Shown here piece after piece: positions 43,124 through 52,270 of a DNA stretch of 64,000 nt. Within the stretch, counting starts at the first letter, position 1; each line of letters begins with the position of its first letter. Made by a program: the position numbers and the translations under genes. A model generated the notes under the pieces. It was given only the letters and a program-made list of their open reading frames with translations. It was not told the origin of the DNA and did not search any database. This DNA comes from Candidatus Poribacteria bacterium (GTDB lineage Bacteria; Poribacteria; WGA-4E; JAJDTR01), in assembly GCA_965222225.1 (NCBI GenBank), contig CBDCTK010000002.1, positions 4,032,001-4,096,000 on the forward strand, written 5' to 3'.

Positions 43124-43252
43124 AACAAGGGAATGGATAATGAGTGATCGCACGACCGAATAGAATCAAACGAGTGGATAGATCAAATGAGCGATTAGCA
43201 AGCTGGATTTACTATGGGAGTTCTATCGCACTCATTATTCATTCGCTTGATC
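43124..43252. mobile_element. Mixed-orientation VB-unit cluster
   Basis: Several ATCAA-VB-GA-VB-GRATA tails, then ggatttactatgggagttctatcgcactcattattcattcgcttgatc (identical to about 21273-21320). Confidence 0.8.
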
Positions 43253-43290
43253 CCTCCGATACGTGTCTACATTATTTAGGACGGTTCACC

Positions 43291-43332
43291 CATTACGTAT
43301 TACGTATTACGTATTACGCACTTACGCATTAC
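43291..43332 (+). repeat. Heptamer tandem repeat (TATTACG)n
   Basis: cattacg tattacg tattacg tattacg cacttacg cattac. Confidence 0.8.
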
Positions 43333-43376
43333 TCGCCTAACCCATCCCCTTTCCGACACAAAAGATACGTTCCCCT

Positions 43377-43865
43377 TCACCGCGAACCACCAGACTTAAT
43401 CCGCCCCCACTGCGTCAGACGATTTCCTTTGGGCGCAACCGCCAACGTCCTCCCAAGTGCGTAGCCTGCTCCATCCCATGCCGCTATTCCACCTTCCAAC
43501 ACTTTCAACCGCTCATGCGCATATCCGAATTCATCCATTAGCAATCGTGCCGCACGGGCACTTGTCGCTTCCGCAGGTCAGCTTCAGTAGAACACCATCA
43601 ACCCCTCTTTGGGAAGCTCCGCATGTCGCATTTCAAGCTGCGCAAGCGGAATAGAGACCGCGTCCGGAATATGCGCTTCTCTGTATGCCCGTTCGCTGCG
43701 AACATCCACCACTACTACCTTCGCTCCACTGTCAAGTAGGCGTTTGAGTTCTAGTGGCGCGATCCGCTCCGGCTCTTCCGCAAACCCGAGTATCCGAGTC
43801 AACGGGAGCAGACATAGGAACGCGATGCCAATGACGACGCTAAGATTCCTGTTCAATCGCTTCAT
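43377..43865 (-). CDS. Secreted rhodanese-like protein, candidate selenoprotein with a U-S-U motif (162 aa by readthrough)
   Basis: RBS aaggagg; ...VVVDVRS...HIPDAVSIP...MVFY-TGA-S-TGA-PAEATSARAARLL...LEGGIAAWDGAGY...AVAPKGNRLTQWGRIK; frame stays open after both TGAs. Confidence 0.85.
43547..43561 (-). promoter_or_regulatory. Candidate bacterial SECIS hairpin
   Basis: mRNA GUGCC-CGUGC-GGCAC; loop starts 21 nt after the second UGA and 27 nt after the first, with G at loop position 2. Confidence 0.55.
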
Positions 43866-43946
43866 AACTAACCTCCTTTTGCAATGAGAGTTGACCGCAA
43901 ATCGCGACCATCTCCGAATGGCGACATCCTGTAGGTTGGGTTGAAC

Positions 43947-44016
43947 AATCAAGCGAGTGGATAACAAGTAATCAAGGGAATGGATAATGACCGCGATAGA
44001 GTTCCCATAGAGATCC
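43947..44016 (-). mobile_element. VB-unit cluster in the loop of a GTAGGTTGGGTTGA/GAAACCCAAC REP
   Basis: gtaggttgggttgaac [aatcaa...agatcc] ggtgaaacccaac; uninterrupted relatives near 54278 and 57698. Confidence 0.85.
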
Positions 44017-44284
44017 GGTGAAACCCAACTATTCAGCTCCTTTCTAGTATACCATTGTATACAATTTCTGTCACCTGACAAACCACCTGTATCACCGAAG
44101 CCTTCAAGCTAGACAGCGGATTGTATACAGGCATTTTCACGTGTGCTATAATAGGCAACTTCCAATAACAAATCTCACATCTTGACCATAGCCTACGGCG
44201 CGCCGTCCCCGCTCTTGCCGGATTCCCAGTAGTAGGCATACTCCGCCGTGCCGTAACCCTTGTGCAGATTACGGCACGGCGGAG

Positions 44285-44427
44285 AATCAAGCGACTGAAT
44301 AAGGATCAGGGGAGTGGAAAGCGAGTGCGATAGAGATCTTAAGGCGATAGTAAATCCCGTGCGATAGAATTCCCATAGAGATCCCCGCGATAGAGATTTT
44401 TCTTGCACCGCCCGCGATAGAACTCCC
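44285..44427 (-). mobile_element. Large VB-unit cluster with at least five heads
   Basis: Repeated gcgatag-NN(N)atcc/tccc heads after aatcaa/gatcag tails. Confidence 0.8.
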
Positions 44428-44551
44428 CCTGCCCCGCATTGGAGAGACTTGATTAACGCTAAAAACGCACTGCAAATATAGGGAAATGGTCTAAGATGAA
44501 AACAATGTTCGGAAGTTTTCTGTCATCTGTGCACCTTGCCTCTCGAAGTTT

Positions 44552-45634
44552 TCAGTGACCTCCGTGTGAGTCGGAGGGCAATACCAAAACCTTCACCGAG
44601 CCGTGTTCATCACGTCCGGCAGCGACGGCAAACGCCTGTTGAATCTCATCTAGTGGGAAACGGTGAGTGATTAACGGCATTGGGTCGAGTTTGCCGGCCG
44701 CCATCAGGTCGAGCGCAATCTGAAACTCCCGCTTTCCATCTCGCCGACCGTAGCAGAATGACCACGTGAGGGTCAATTCACGACCCCTTGCGAACCGCGT
44801 GTCCAACTCAAGCGCGCCGGTGTGTCCACCGACCATACAAATTTTCCCCCGTATCGCGGCAATCTGCGTCGCTTGCTGAAGCGTTTGTGCCCTTCCGCCG
44901 ACCGCCTCGAAGACGACATTCGCGCCGCGACCGTTCGTCCACGCTTGGACTGCCTCGACCGCGTCGGCTGCGTCTACGTTAATCGGGAAGATGCCGATCG
45001 ACTCTTTGGCAATTTGTAACGGCGCGTCCGGTTTGCCCAAGACAGCGACGGACACCGCACCAGCCAGTTGCGCCATCTGCGCGAGCGCCAAACCGACCGG
45101 ACCGCTGCCGATGACCGCCACGCTATCGCCCGGATGGACTGGCGCCATCGACAAGGCGTGGACGGCTACGGCGTAAACTTCAGCCATTGCTCCCGCCTCG
45201 AACGAAACCCGATTAGGTAATTCGTAGACGTTATCTTCCGGCGCAACCATATACTCGGCAAATCCCCCGCTGAAAACATTGCCCAGACGTTTTCCTCTGG
45301 AACCGCCGATATGAATGAGCTTTGAACACAGATTGTAATTGCCGTTTAGACACTCAGGGCAATTGTTGCATGGGACTGTCGGCTCGACGACGACCTGATC
45401 GCCGATCTGATATTGATGAACCGCCACCCCAACCCCGGCGACCCGTCCCGTGAGTTCGTGTCCGCCTGTTGCAGGTGGACGTGGTTTTTCCGGCTGATGG
45501 TGATAACCGTGCAGGTCACTGCCGCAGATGCCGGTTGCTCGGACTTCAACGAGTACCTCGCGCTCCTCCGGCACCGGCTTTGGCACAGTTTCGACTCGAA
45601 TATCTTTACCTCCATAAAAACGTGCAGCTCTCAT
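44552..45634 (-). CDS. Zn-dependent MDR dehydrogenase (copy 2, inverted near-identical paralogue of 19828..20910)
   Basis: Same length (1083 nt) and same upstream ttaaccccggaggaacagatg; 9 aa differences by eye. Confidence 0.92.
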   Translation of the reverse strand: MRAARFYGGKDIRVETVPKPVPEEREVLVEVRATGICGSDLHGYHHQPEKPRPPATGGHELTGRVAGVGVAVHQYQIGDQVVVEPTVPCNNCPECLNGNYNLCSKLIHIGGSRGKRLGNVFSGGFAEYMVAPEDNVYELPNRVSFEAGAMAEVYAVAVHALSMAPVHPGDSVAVIGSGPVGLALAQMAQLAGAVSVAVLGKPDAPLQIAKESIGIFPINVDAADAVEAVQAWTNGRGANVVFEAVGGRAQTLQQATQIAAIRGKICMVGGHTGALELDTRFARGRELTLTWSFCYGRRDGKREFQIALDLMAAGKLDPMPLITHRFPLDEIQQAFAVAAGRDEHGSVKVLVLPSDSHGGH

Positions 45635-46057
45635 CTGTTCCTCCGGGGTTAATTTAACGTGAGTTCGACGTAAGAAGCTACGTGACGAGTGATGAGTGAT
45701 AGGTGAATTTTCACCTCTCACTCCTCCCAGATTTTGTCGGCATATTTGAATGAATGCGATGGTATCGACACCAGCGGCACTGTGTCGGGGACGACCACTG
45801 AAGGTGACGATGCCGCTGGACGAAGCAGAGCGTCACGAATGGCAGGCCATGTCGAGTTATGACTCGTTTGCGTGGCTTGCCAGCCAACTGCGCCAAGCAT
45901 TAGAGCCATGGCAGCGTGGCTCTGGATGGCAATTGAGCTGTCCCAAGGCATCTCGCCAAACCATCGAAGCAGTTGTGGTGTACGAAAGTTCCTTTCCCCG
46001 TCTAATATTGGCGATTCTGACGCCGACGTTTTTCAGCCCCTTGGTTTCGGGCGATAC

Positions 46058-46619
46058 TTACTTCTGACGCTTGGCTCTGTTCTTCTCTGATTGCTGTGTT
46101 TGATTGGCTTGGTGTATCAATAAGAGGTCGATGCCCTCAAAAACTTGAAAAATGCGTCGTAGCGTTGGGCGTTGCGTGGGCTTGCCGACTTGGTTGGGAA
46201 TGGTTCGTCCCTGCCGGGTCAGTTCAGAGCGAATCCAACGCTCTGCTAGCGCATAAACCAGTAGCGACAGCCCCATCACCATTAAAAGCGCCATAATGCG
46301 TTGCGGTTTTTCTAAGAATAGACTGGAGGCAAAAAATAACGGGTCCTTGAGAAATCGGAATCCACGCTCTACCGAAACGTTCTGACCTTTGTACGCTGAA
46401 AGTATCGTGGCATCATCAAGAGATATGGCATCCAATTCATTCGTCGCCAACACAAACTTACCTTTGCTGTTCTTGGCTTGTTCAATTGCCTGTGGCTGTT
46501 CAACAACCTGACCAACGACTTGAAAACCGATTCGTGTCGGAAGTTGTTCTTTGGTTGGACGCCCCGGGTTTGGGTAATGAGGAATGTCAATCAGTTCAAT
46601 TTGAGGTTCATGATAACGC
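46058..46619 (-). pseudogene. IS1634-family transposase, C-terminal fragment
   Basis: GKFVLATN, YKGQ..VERGFRFLKDP.FFASSLFLEKPQRI, KPTQRPTLR; truncated by the IS3 element. Confidence 0.8.
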
Positions 46620-46699
46620 TGTACTGCCATCGGAAATTTAGGCCATAATCTTAACCAAGATTGTGATACAATTTCCAATCAGATTGAAAGGAGATTCCG

Positions 46700-47055
46700 A
46701 TGGCTAAACGAAGGAGATTCACATCCCAATTTAAGGCTGAAGTCGTTATTGAGGTACTTACCGGTCAAAGTTCACAAGCGGAACTTTGTCGGCGGCATAA
46801 CCTCAGCCAAGAGCAATTATCAAAGTGGAAACACCAACTTCTTGACAACGCAGCGACTCTCTTTGAATCCACTGACAAGCAATCCACTGATTATAGAGAA
46901 CGGATTGCTCAACTGGAGCAGCTTGTTGGGATCAAACGAACGATCAACTGAGTGGATAACGAAGGCGATAGCAAATCCCATAGTGAGTGCGATAGGGATC
47001 CCTAGTGAGTTTGGCGTTAGACATCCAAAAAAAAGCCTTGACTTTGCTCAATTGA
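46700..47055 (+). pseudogene. IS3 orfA interrupted by a nested VB insertion
   Basis: Removing 46932-47002 restores ...EQLVGIVSLALDIQKKALTLLN*. Confidence 0.85.
46930..47002 (-). mobile_element. Two-level nested VB insertion (inner unit 46942-46979)
   Basis: Reverse complement: gggatccctatcgcactcactat [gggatttgctatcgccttcgttatccactcagttga] tcgttcgtttgatc. Confidence 0.9.
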
Positions 47056-47891
47056 ATCGGTCTCAAAAGCGACAGATGGTTGAAGCTTTGCACACCGATT
47101 ACCCGGTTCGGCACATTTGTGATGTACTCGGCTTCAATCGGAGTAGTCTCTATTATCAACCGAAGCATGACCCCATTGAACAGGTGCTACGCGATGAGAT
47201 TGAGCAACTGGCAGCCCGTTATCCGAAGTATGGCTATAGACGCATCACTCATCTGCTGTTGCGCATGGGCTACTCGGTCGGTTACACACGCGTCGCCCGA
47301 CTGATGAGAGAAGAGAATCTGTTAGTTGCTGTCAAACGTGCCTGTCAAACCACTCAATCGTTGCGCGGTCATAGTCAATGGGACAATCAGCTTGAGAACC
47401 TTAACATCTGTCGCCGAAATCAGGTTTGGGTCGGTGACATTACTTATGTCCGACTCAAGGGACAATTCATCTATGTTTCGGTGTTAATGGATGTTTTCAG
47501 TCGAGTGGTAAGAGGTTGGCAACTGAGTCAACACTTGACAGAACCGCTCACATTGCAACCGTTGCAAAAGGCATTAAGTCAAGGCAATCCAGAAATTCAT
47601 CATAGTGACCAGGGCGTTCAGTATCCTTCAACAGCCTATATTTCAACTCTGATTGAACATGGAATTGACATTTCCTTAGCCCATAGAGGGCGTCCGTGGG
47701 AGAACGGCTATGCTGAAAGACTTATCCGAACCCTCAAGGAAGAAGAAGTGTATCTCAATGAGTACGATGATATAATGGATGCCAGAGAGCGAATCGGTCA
47801 TTTTATTGTACAAGTTTATAACCGGAAACGACCTCACTCGGCGTTAGGTTATTTGACACCGGTTGAATTTGAGCAACAATACTTGTCTTAA
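47027..47891 (+). CDS. IS3 orfB transposase (reached by -1 frameshift)
   Basis: YGYRRI, WVGDITY, HHSDQG, ENGYAER, YNRKRPHSALGYLTP. Confidence 0.9.
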
Positions 47892-48065
47892 CTTTGCTTA
47901 GTTGTGGTCTAAATTCTCGTTGGCACTTCAAGTTCTTTTGGGTTGACCATTGAAAAAGTCTCCAGCGGTTCCTGATACTATGCAACTTGTCCGGATTGCT
48001 TCCCCTGTGGTAGGCGCTGTTTCTAACTGCGCGTCGCGGGGGGTTGTGTCATCGGTGCGGTTAGA

Positions 48066-48137
48066 GGGATCTCTATCGCGTGGGATCTACTATCGCACTC
48101 CCTATTCGGTCGTTTGATCCTATTCGGTCACTTGATC
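48066..48137 (+). mobile_element. Two-level nested VB insertion in a GGTGCGGTTAGA/CGCACCTAC REP
   Basis: gggatctctatcgcgt [gggatctactatcgcactccctattcggtcgtttgatc] ctattcggtcacttgatc. Confidence 0.88.
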
Positions 48138-48186
48138 GCACCTACCGTTAGTACCTATTTAGGTTTGTGACATCGGCGGAGGTGAA

Positions 48187-48295
48187 GAGATTTCTATCGC
48201 AGTCACTTTGGGATTTACTATCGGGATTAGCTATCGCAGTCATTGTCCATTCCCTTGATCCTTCGCTATCCACTCAGTTGATCGTTCGTTTGATC
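48187..48295 (+). mobile_element. Three-level nested VB insertion in a GGCGGAGG/CCCCGCCTAC REP
   Basis: A 48187-48209, B 48210-48222, complete C 48223-48260, rest of B 48261-48283, rest of A 48284-48295. Confidence 0.88.
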
Positions 48296-48734
48296 CCCGC
48301 CTACGGGTTTGGTGCTTCACGGCTTTCCGTTCAACCCAACGTTGTACGTTTGTACAAAGTCGAGCTAAGTATATCATTGTATACGATTTCCGCCGCACGA
48401 CAATCCACGCGAATCACTGAAACCTTGAAATCGGAGACGACTGCCCTACGAATTGGCGATCGTTCTATTGACGTGACCAACAGTATATCATACAATCACA
48501 TGAAGACGTGAACGTTCCCTCATTCAGATGCGATTCAAGGGGGTGTTTGTTCCGTTTTTGGGTTTTTCTGCACCTGAAAGCAAATCGTGATAATGAAAAG
48601 GTTATTTGCATCTTTTTCGCTGCGTGGTAACGTGTTTGTGCGACTAGCGAAAAGCATTACGATTTTTAGCGGAGCAGTAAAGTGTAGAGCGAGGATCAAA
48701 ATAGAAGCGTACGCGTACGCTGGAGGTTTTCGCC

Positions 48735-49439
48735 ATGAAGAAATTCGCATTTACAATGTCAGCAGTTTTCGTGCTATTGAGTGGTATTGTGATAATGATA
48801 AATCCATCGGCGCAAGAGACCGAACTAGCGCAGATCGTCTTCCACTCCAATCGGGACGGGAATAAAGAAATCTACGTCATGGACGCCGATGGGAACAATC
48901 TACGCAGGTTAACAACAAATCTATGGGCTGATTCCGATCCGGCATGGTCCCCTGATGGCCAAAAGATTGTCTACCATTCCACGTGGCGTGGGCGCCCTAC
49001 AGTCTTCGTCATGGATGCCGATGGTAACAATCAACAAAAGTTAACAAACAATAAAATTAGAGCGTTTGATTCAAGTCCGGCGTGGCCCCCTAGCGGTCAA
49101 AAGATTGCCTTAGTCTCCACCCGTGATGGCAACAAAGAAATCTACGTCATGGATCCCGACGGCGAGCATCAACTCAGACTAACAAACAATAAAAGGGATG
49201 ACAACTATCCAGCCTGGTCACCTGACGGTCAACAGATTGTTTTCGTGTCTAGGCGGGACGGGAACTTTGAAATCTACGTCATGAATTCCGATGGGAGGAA
49301 TCAAACTAGGCTGACAAACAATCCCGCTACGGACAGCGAACCGGCTTGGTTCGATCCCCGTTTTGCACGGGCGGTGGAGCCTCCAGGTAAGTTGAAGTCT
49401 ACCTGGGGAAAGATCAAGGGATATCAAAGGAAGGAATGA
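48735..49439 (+). CDS. Secreted TolB-like (PD40 repeat) protein
   Basis: Signal peptide; SNRDGNKEIYVMDADG..LT repeats, WSPDG; C-terminal AVEPPGKLKSTWGKIK. Confidence 0.85.
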   Translation: MKKFAFTMSAVFVLLSGIVIMINPSAQETELAQIVFHSNRDGNKEIYVMDADGNNLRRLTTNLWADSDPAWSPDGQKIVYHSTWRGRPTVFVMDADGNNQQKLTNNKIRAFDSSPAWPPSGQKIALVSTRDGNKEIYVMDPDGEHQLRLTNNKRDDNYPAWSPDGQQIVFVSRRDGNFEIYVMNSDGRNQTRLTNNPATDSEPAWFDPRFARAVEPPGKLKSTWGKIKGYQRKE

Positions 49440-49498
49440 ATCAAGCGACCGATCAAGTGACCGAATAGGGAACGCGATAGAGTTCCCATAGAGATCCC
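49412..49498 (-). mobile_element. VB-unit cluster overlapping the stop codon of the PD40 gene
   Basis: gatcaaggga tatcaaaggaaggaat gaatcaagcgacc gatcaa-gt-ga-cc-gaata-gg-ga-ac-gcgatag-agttccc-atagagatccc. Confidence 0.75.
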
Positions 49499-49678
49499 GA
49501 AGGTGTGTAGAAGGGCGGCACCCCAAAGACCACAAGCCCCGGAGGGTTACAGGTATACGTCTTATTAGGAGCGATTTCCAAATCGCGACGAATCTTCCTC
49601 CTACCCGCGTCCGTTTGTAGGGGACGGCCCCTGTGCCGTCCCACGACAACTTGTAGCCGCCACGTTTTAAGAACAAAA

Positions 49679-50045
49679 ATGTACATCAGATATCTCAGAT
49701 ATCAAGGAACCAAAAACAGCGGCAAAACCGGCAAGCCTAGCGGTATTTTTGCCGTCGCTTGGCACATGAAACAGAAAGGACGCCTCACCCAGAGAGAAAT
49801 AGAAGAGATCCAACAAATCGAGAACTGGTTCGAGGACAATTTGCCCAATCCTCCGTTCTACCAGAAATCCAACCCCCGGAAAGCCATTACCTGGTTTAAA
49901 CGAAACAACGGCAGAGATGATTGAGAAAATAGAGCAGGTAAAAACTATCATCGAACGAAACGGCTGGAAAATTGAGGTCGAATATCACGAAAACGCTCCG
50001 GGCAAAATCATCTACGAAGACGAATATCAAATTGCCACCATCTGA
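49679..50045 (+). pseudogene. Hypothetical protein, frameshifted near 49910
   Basis: MYIRY...WFEDNLPNPPFY...KAITWFK continues in another frame as EMIEKIEQVKTIIERNGW...PGKIIYEDEYQIATI*. Confidence 0.65.
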
Positions 50046-50150
50046 AGGCACCTGACGATTAGGTTATTTTCCCCGAAACCGATCTGCCGACTGAATGTAA
50101 TAGGTACACTCCGTATGCCGTAACCCGCACAAAATCCGAGGACCAACCCA

Positions 50151-52142
50151 TTGACCAACGACAACACAACCGATTCTTCTTATGCCCTAGACTCAAATCC
50201 ACTGGCATACACCCCGCCCGACCGGCTAATCCACGATTTCGCCAGCTGGGGGCTGGTCGTGCTGCCGCTGGAAAGTCTCGGGATTCCGCTTGATACCCAC
50301 GACCGCATCTATGAGCTGCAGAAGCGAGCGGTCAAGCCCCCGACACGCGCCACACTTTTCCAAGTTCCCGAAGTACTGGAGATAATCAATGCGCCCGGCG
50401 TCGTCGCGGCCTGCAATCAACTCGTCGGCGAGCGCTGGGTAATTGTTCCGTTTACCGCCGTGCCCATTTCCAGCGGCGCCAGCGATCAACTCTGGCACAA
50501 GGACGACAACAGCCCCGCGAACGGCAGAAAACAGCGTCACCATCACGCTGTGCAAATTGAGTTACTGTATTACCCGCAGGCGGTTCCTGAAGACATGGGC
50601 CCAACGGCGATCGCGCCCTATTCACACTACTGGACGCTTAATCACGAAGACAATCAGGACAATTTTGCCGGGTCGGACCATCTTGATTTTAACTACATGC
50701 TGGAAGCGATGGGAAAGCAACATGTCAGCGGACCCAACTCCGTATACGACGAAGACGACATCATTCACCGTCGCACGGCGCACGACATTCGGATGAGAGA
50801 TGCAGTTACCAACTTGAAGTGGCACCTTGTCCAGCAGTTTGAAGTGGCTCCGCTTCGCGCCGGCACCGTCATTCTGTGCTCTCACAACATCTTCCATCGA
50901 GGCAACCACAGGCGCGACGATTGGCGCACCTGGAACAATCACCCGCGCTTCATGTGGCGATTCTGGCTGTACCGCACCACCGATCCCGACCCTAGTCGTG
51001 AAAACGGCGCGCCGCCCGAGCTTGATTGGAACGGGCTGAGCATAGACCTCCTGACCCGCACCGATCTGACCCAAGCCAGCAACGACCTGACTGTCGTCTG
51101 GCGGCATCACTATCACTGGCTGCACACCGGTCAACCGCCTCCACCGCGAGTGGATGCTGCTGCCTTGGCGGCTGAAAAACGGGAAAAAGAGGCCGCACGA
51201 TTATCCGAGCGGCTTTACGCAAAACACGACCAAGCGGAGCCCGCACGAATCGGCGCGGCGTATAGACTTGCGTCCATTGGTGACAATGAGTTGGCGTTAA
51301 GGCTGCTTGCCGAAGCCTTGTATGACGAGCGGGAGAGCGTGCGGCGAGCCGCTACCTATGGGCCGGTTGCCGTTGGACCGGACGCTACCGGCGTCTTTCT
51401 TGAGGCGGCAACGTCGCCGCTCAAATGGGTTCGGAAGGCGGGAGTGTTTGGTCTGGGCGATGCCAGCCCGCTCAACCATGAGGTTTTGAAAGCCGTTGTA
51501 ACGTGTCTGGAGGACGACCCGTCGGTCTATGTCCGTTCCGTTGCCACTGGGAGTCTGGGGTGTTTGGGGCGTCGCGCCATCGCTACAGGCGTCGGCAAAT
51601 CACTGATTCCCGCCTGCCTTGAGGCGCTAGCGGCGAGCTTGGAGCGTGAGGAGAATCGGCTGTGTATGAGCCTGGCGCAAAATCGGGGCGTCAAATTTGC
51701 ACGCCCGACGGATGAATGCGATGTGTGTGAGGGCAGTCTTATTATACAAGCCGATCGTGAAGGTTTTGAGCCGGTACGCTCGGCAGTCCGTGAAAACGCG
51801 CTATGGTCCGTCGTCATGCTATGCTCACACGGCGCGGCAATTATGGATGATGCACTCGAGCCGACGATACGTGCGCTAAAAACCTTGGTGCAAAACGATC
51901 GGAACGCCATCTGCGTCGGATTCGCTTCCGATGCGTTGACCCGCCTTGCCAATCTGCAGCCGCACGACGAGACAGTCCCGCCGCTTATCCAAGACCTGCG
52001 GGCGCACCTCTTGACGATACTCAAAGCGCCGCCGGTTCAAAGCTGGGACACCCTTGTCCGCGGCGGCCTCAGCCCAAGTGCCTTATCTGAGTTGACGCAG
52101 CGGATTGATATAAAAATAGGACTTACGCAGTTCGGTCTGTAG
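50151..52142 (+). CDS. PhyH-like Fe(II)/2OG dioxygenase fused to HEAT repeats
   Basis: WHKD, MGPT...SH, HRG; VRRAATY, VRKAGVFGLG, VRSVATGSLG HEAT-like repeats. Confidence 0.75.
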   Translation: MTNDNTTDSSYALDSNPLAYTPPDRLIHDFASWGLVVLPLESLGIPLDTHDRIYELQKRAVKPPTRATLFQVPEVLEIINAPGVVAACNQLVGERWVIVPFTAVPISSGASDQLWHKDDNSPANGRKQRHHHAVQIELLYYPQAVPEDMGPTAIAPYSHYWTLNHEDNQDNFAGSDHLDFNYMLEAMGKQHVSGPNSVYDEDDIIHRRTAHDIRMRDAVTNLKWHLVQQFEVAPLRAGTVILCSHNIFHRGNHRRDDWRTWNNHPRFMWRFWLYRTTDPDPSRENGAPPELDWNGLSIDLLTRTDLTQASNDLTVVWRHHYHWLHTGQPPPPRVDAAALAAEKREKEAARLSERLYAKHDQAEPARIGAAYRLASIGDNELALRLLAEALYDERESVRRAATYGPVAVGPDATGVFLEAATSPLKWVRKAGVFGLGDASPLNHEVLKAVVTCLEDDPSVYVRSVATGSLGCLGRRAIATGVGKSLIPACLEALAASLEREENRLCMSLAQNRGVKFARPTDECDVCEGSLIIQADREGFEPVRSAVRENALWSVVMLCSHGAAIMDDALEPTIRALKTLVQNDRNAICVGFASDALTRLANLQPHDETVPPLIQDLRAHLLTILKAPPVQSWDTLVRGGLSPSALSELTQRIDIKIGLTQFGL

Positions 52143-52270
52143 GAGCGATCTCCCGGTCGCGACCACAGTTACTACCCATTTTCGGTAGGTCGGGCTTCCA
52201 GCCCGACCCGCGCGCGCGATAATAAACAAAGTAGCCTGTAGTGTGCGATAGAACTCCCCTAGAGATCCCG

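Larger units (their letters stand above)
46620..47930 (+). mobile_element. IS3-family insertion sequence
   Basis: Imperfect TIRs tgtactgccatcggaaatttaggcca / reverse complement tgaagtgccaacgagaatttagacca; orfA HTH, A8G frameshift site at 47027-47035, orfB with DDE motifs. Confidence 0.9.

Noticed and set aside
19828-45634. Dehydrogenase pair as a DGR template/variable pair
   Set aside because: Both are full-length genes, the differences are not adenine-specific, and no reverse transcriptase is present.
46749-47026. 5' part of the 380-aa ORF as a real N-terminal extension of the transposase
   Set aside because: It is an alternative frame of orfA plus the inserted unit; orfB proper begins at the A8G frameshift site.
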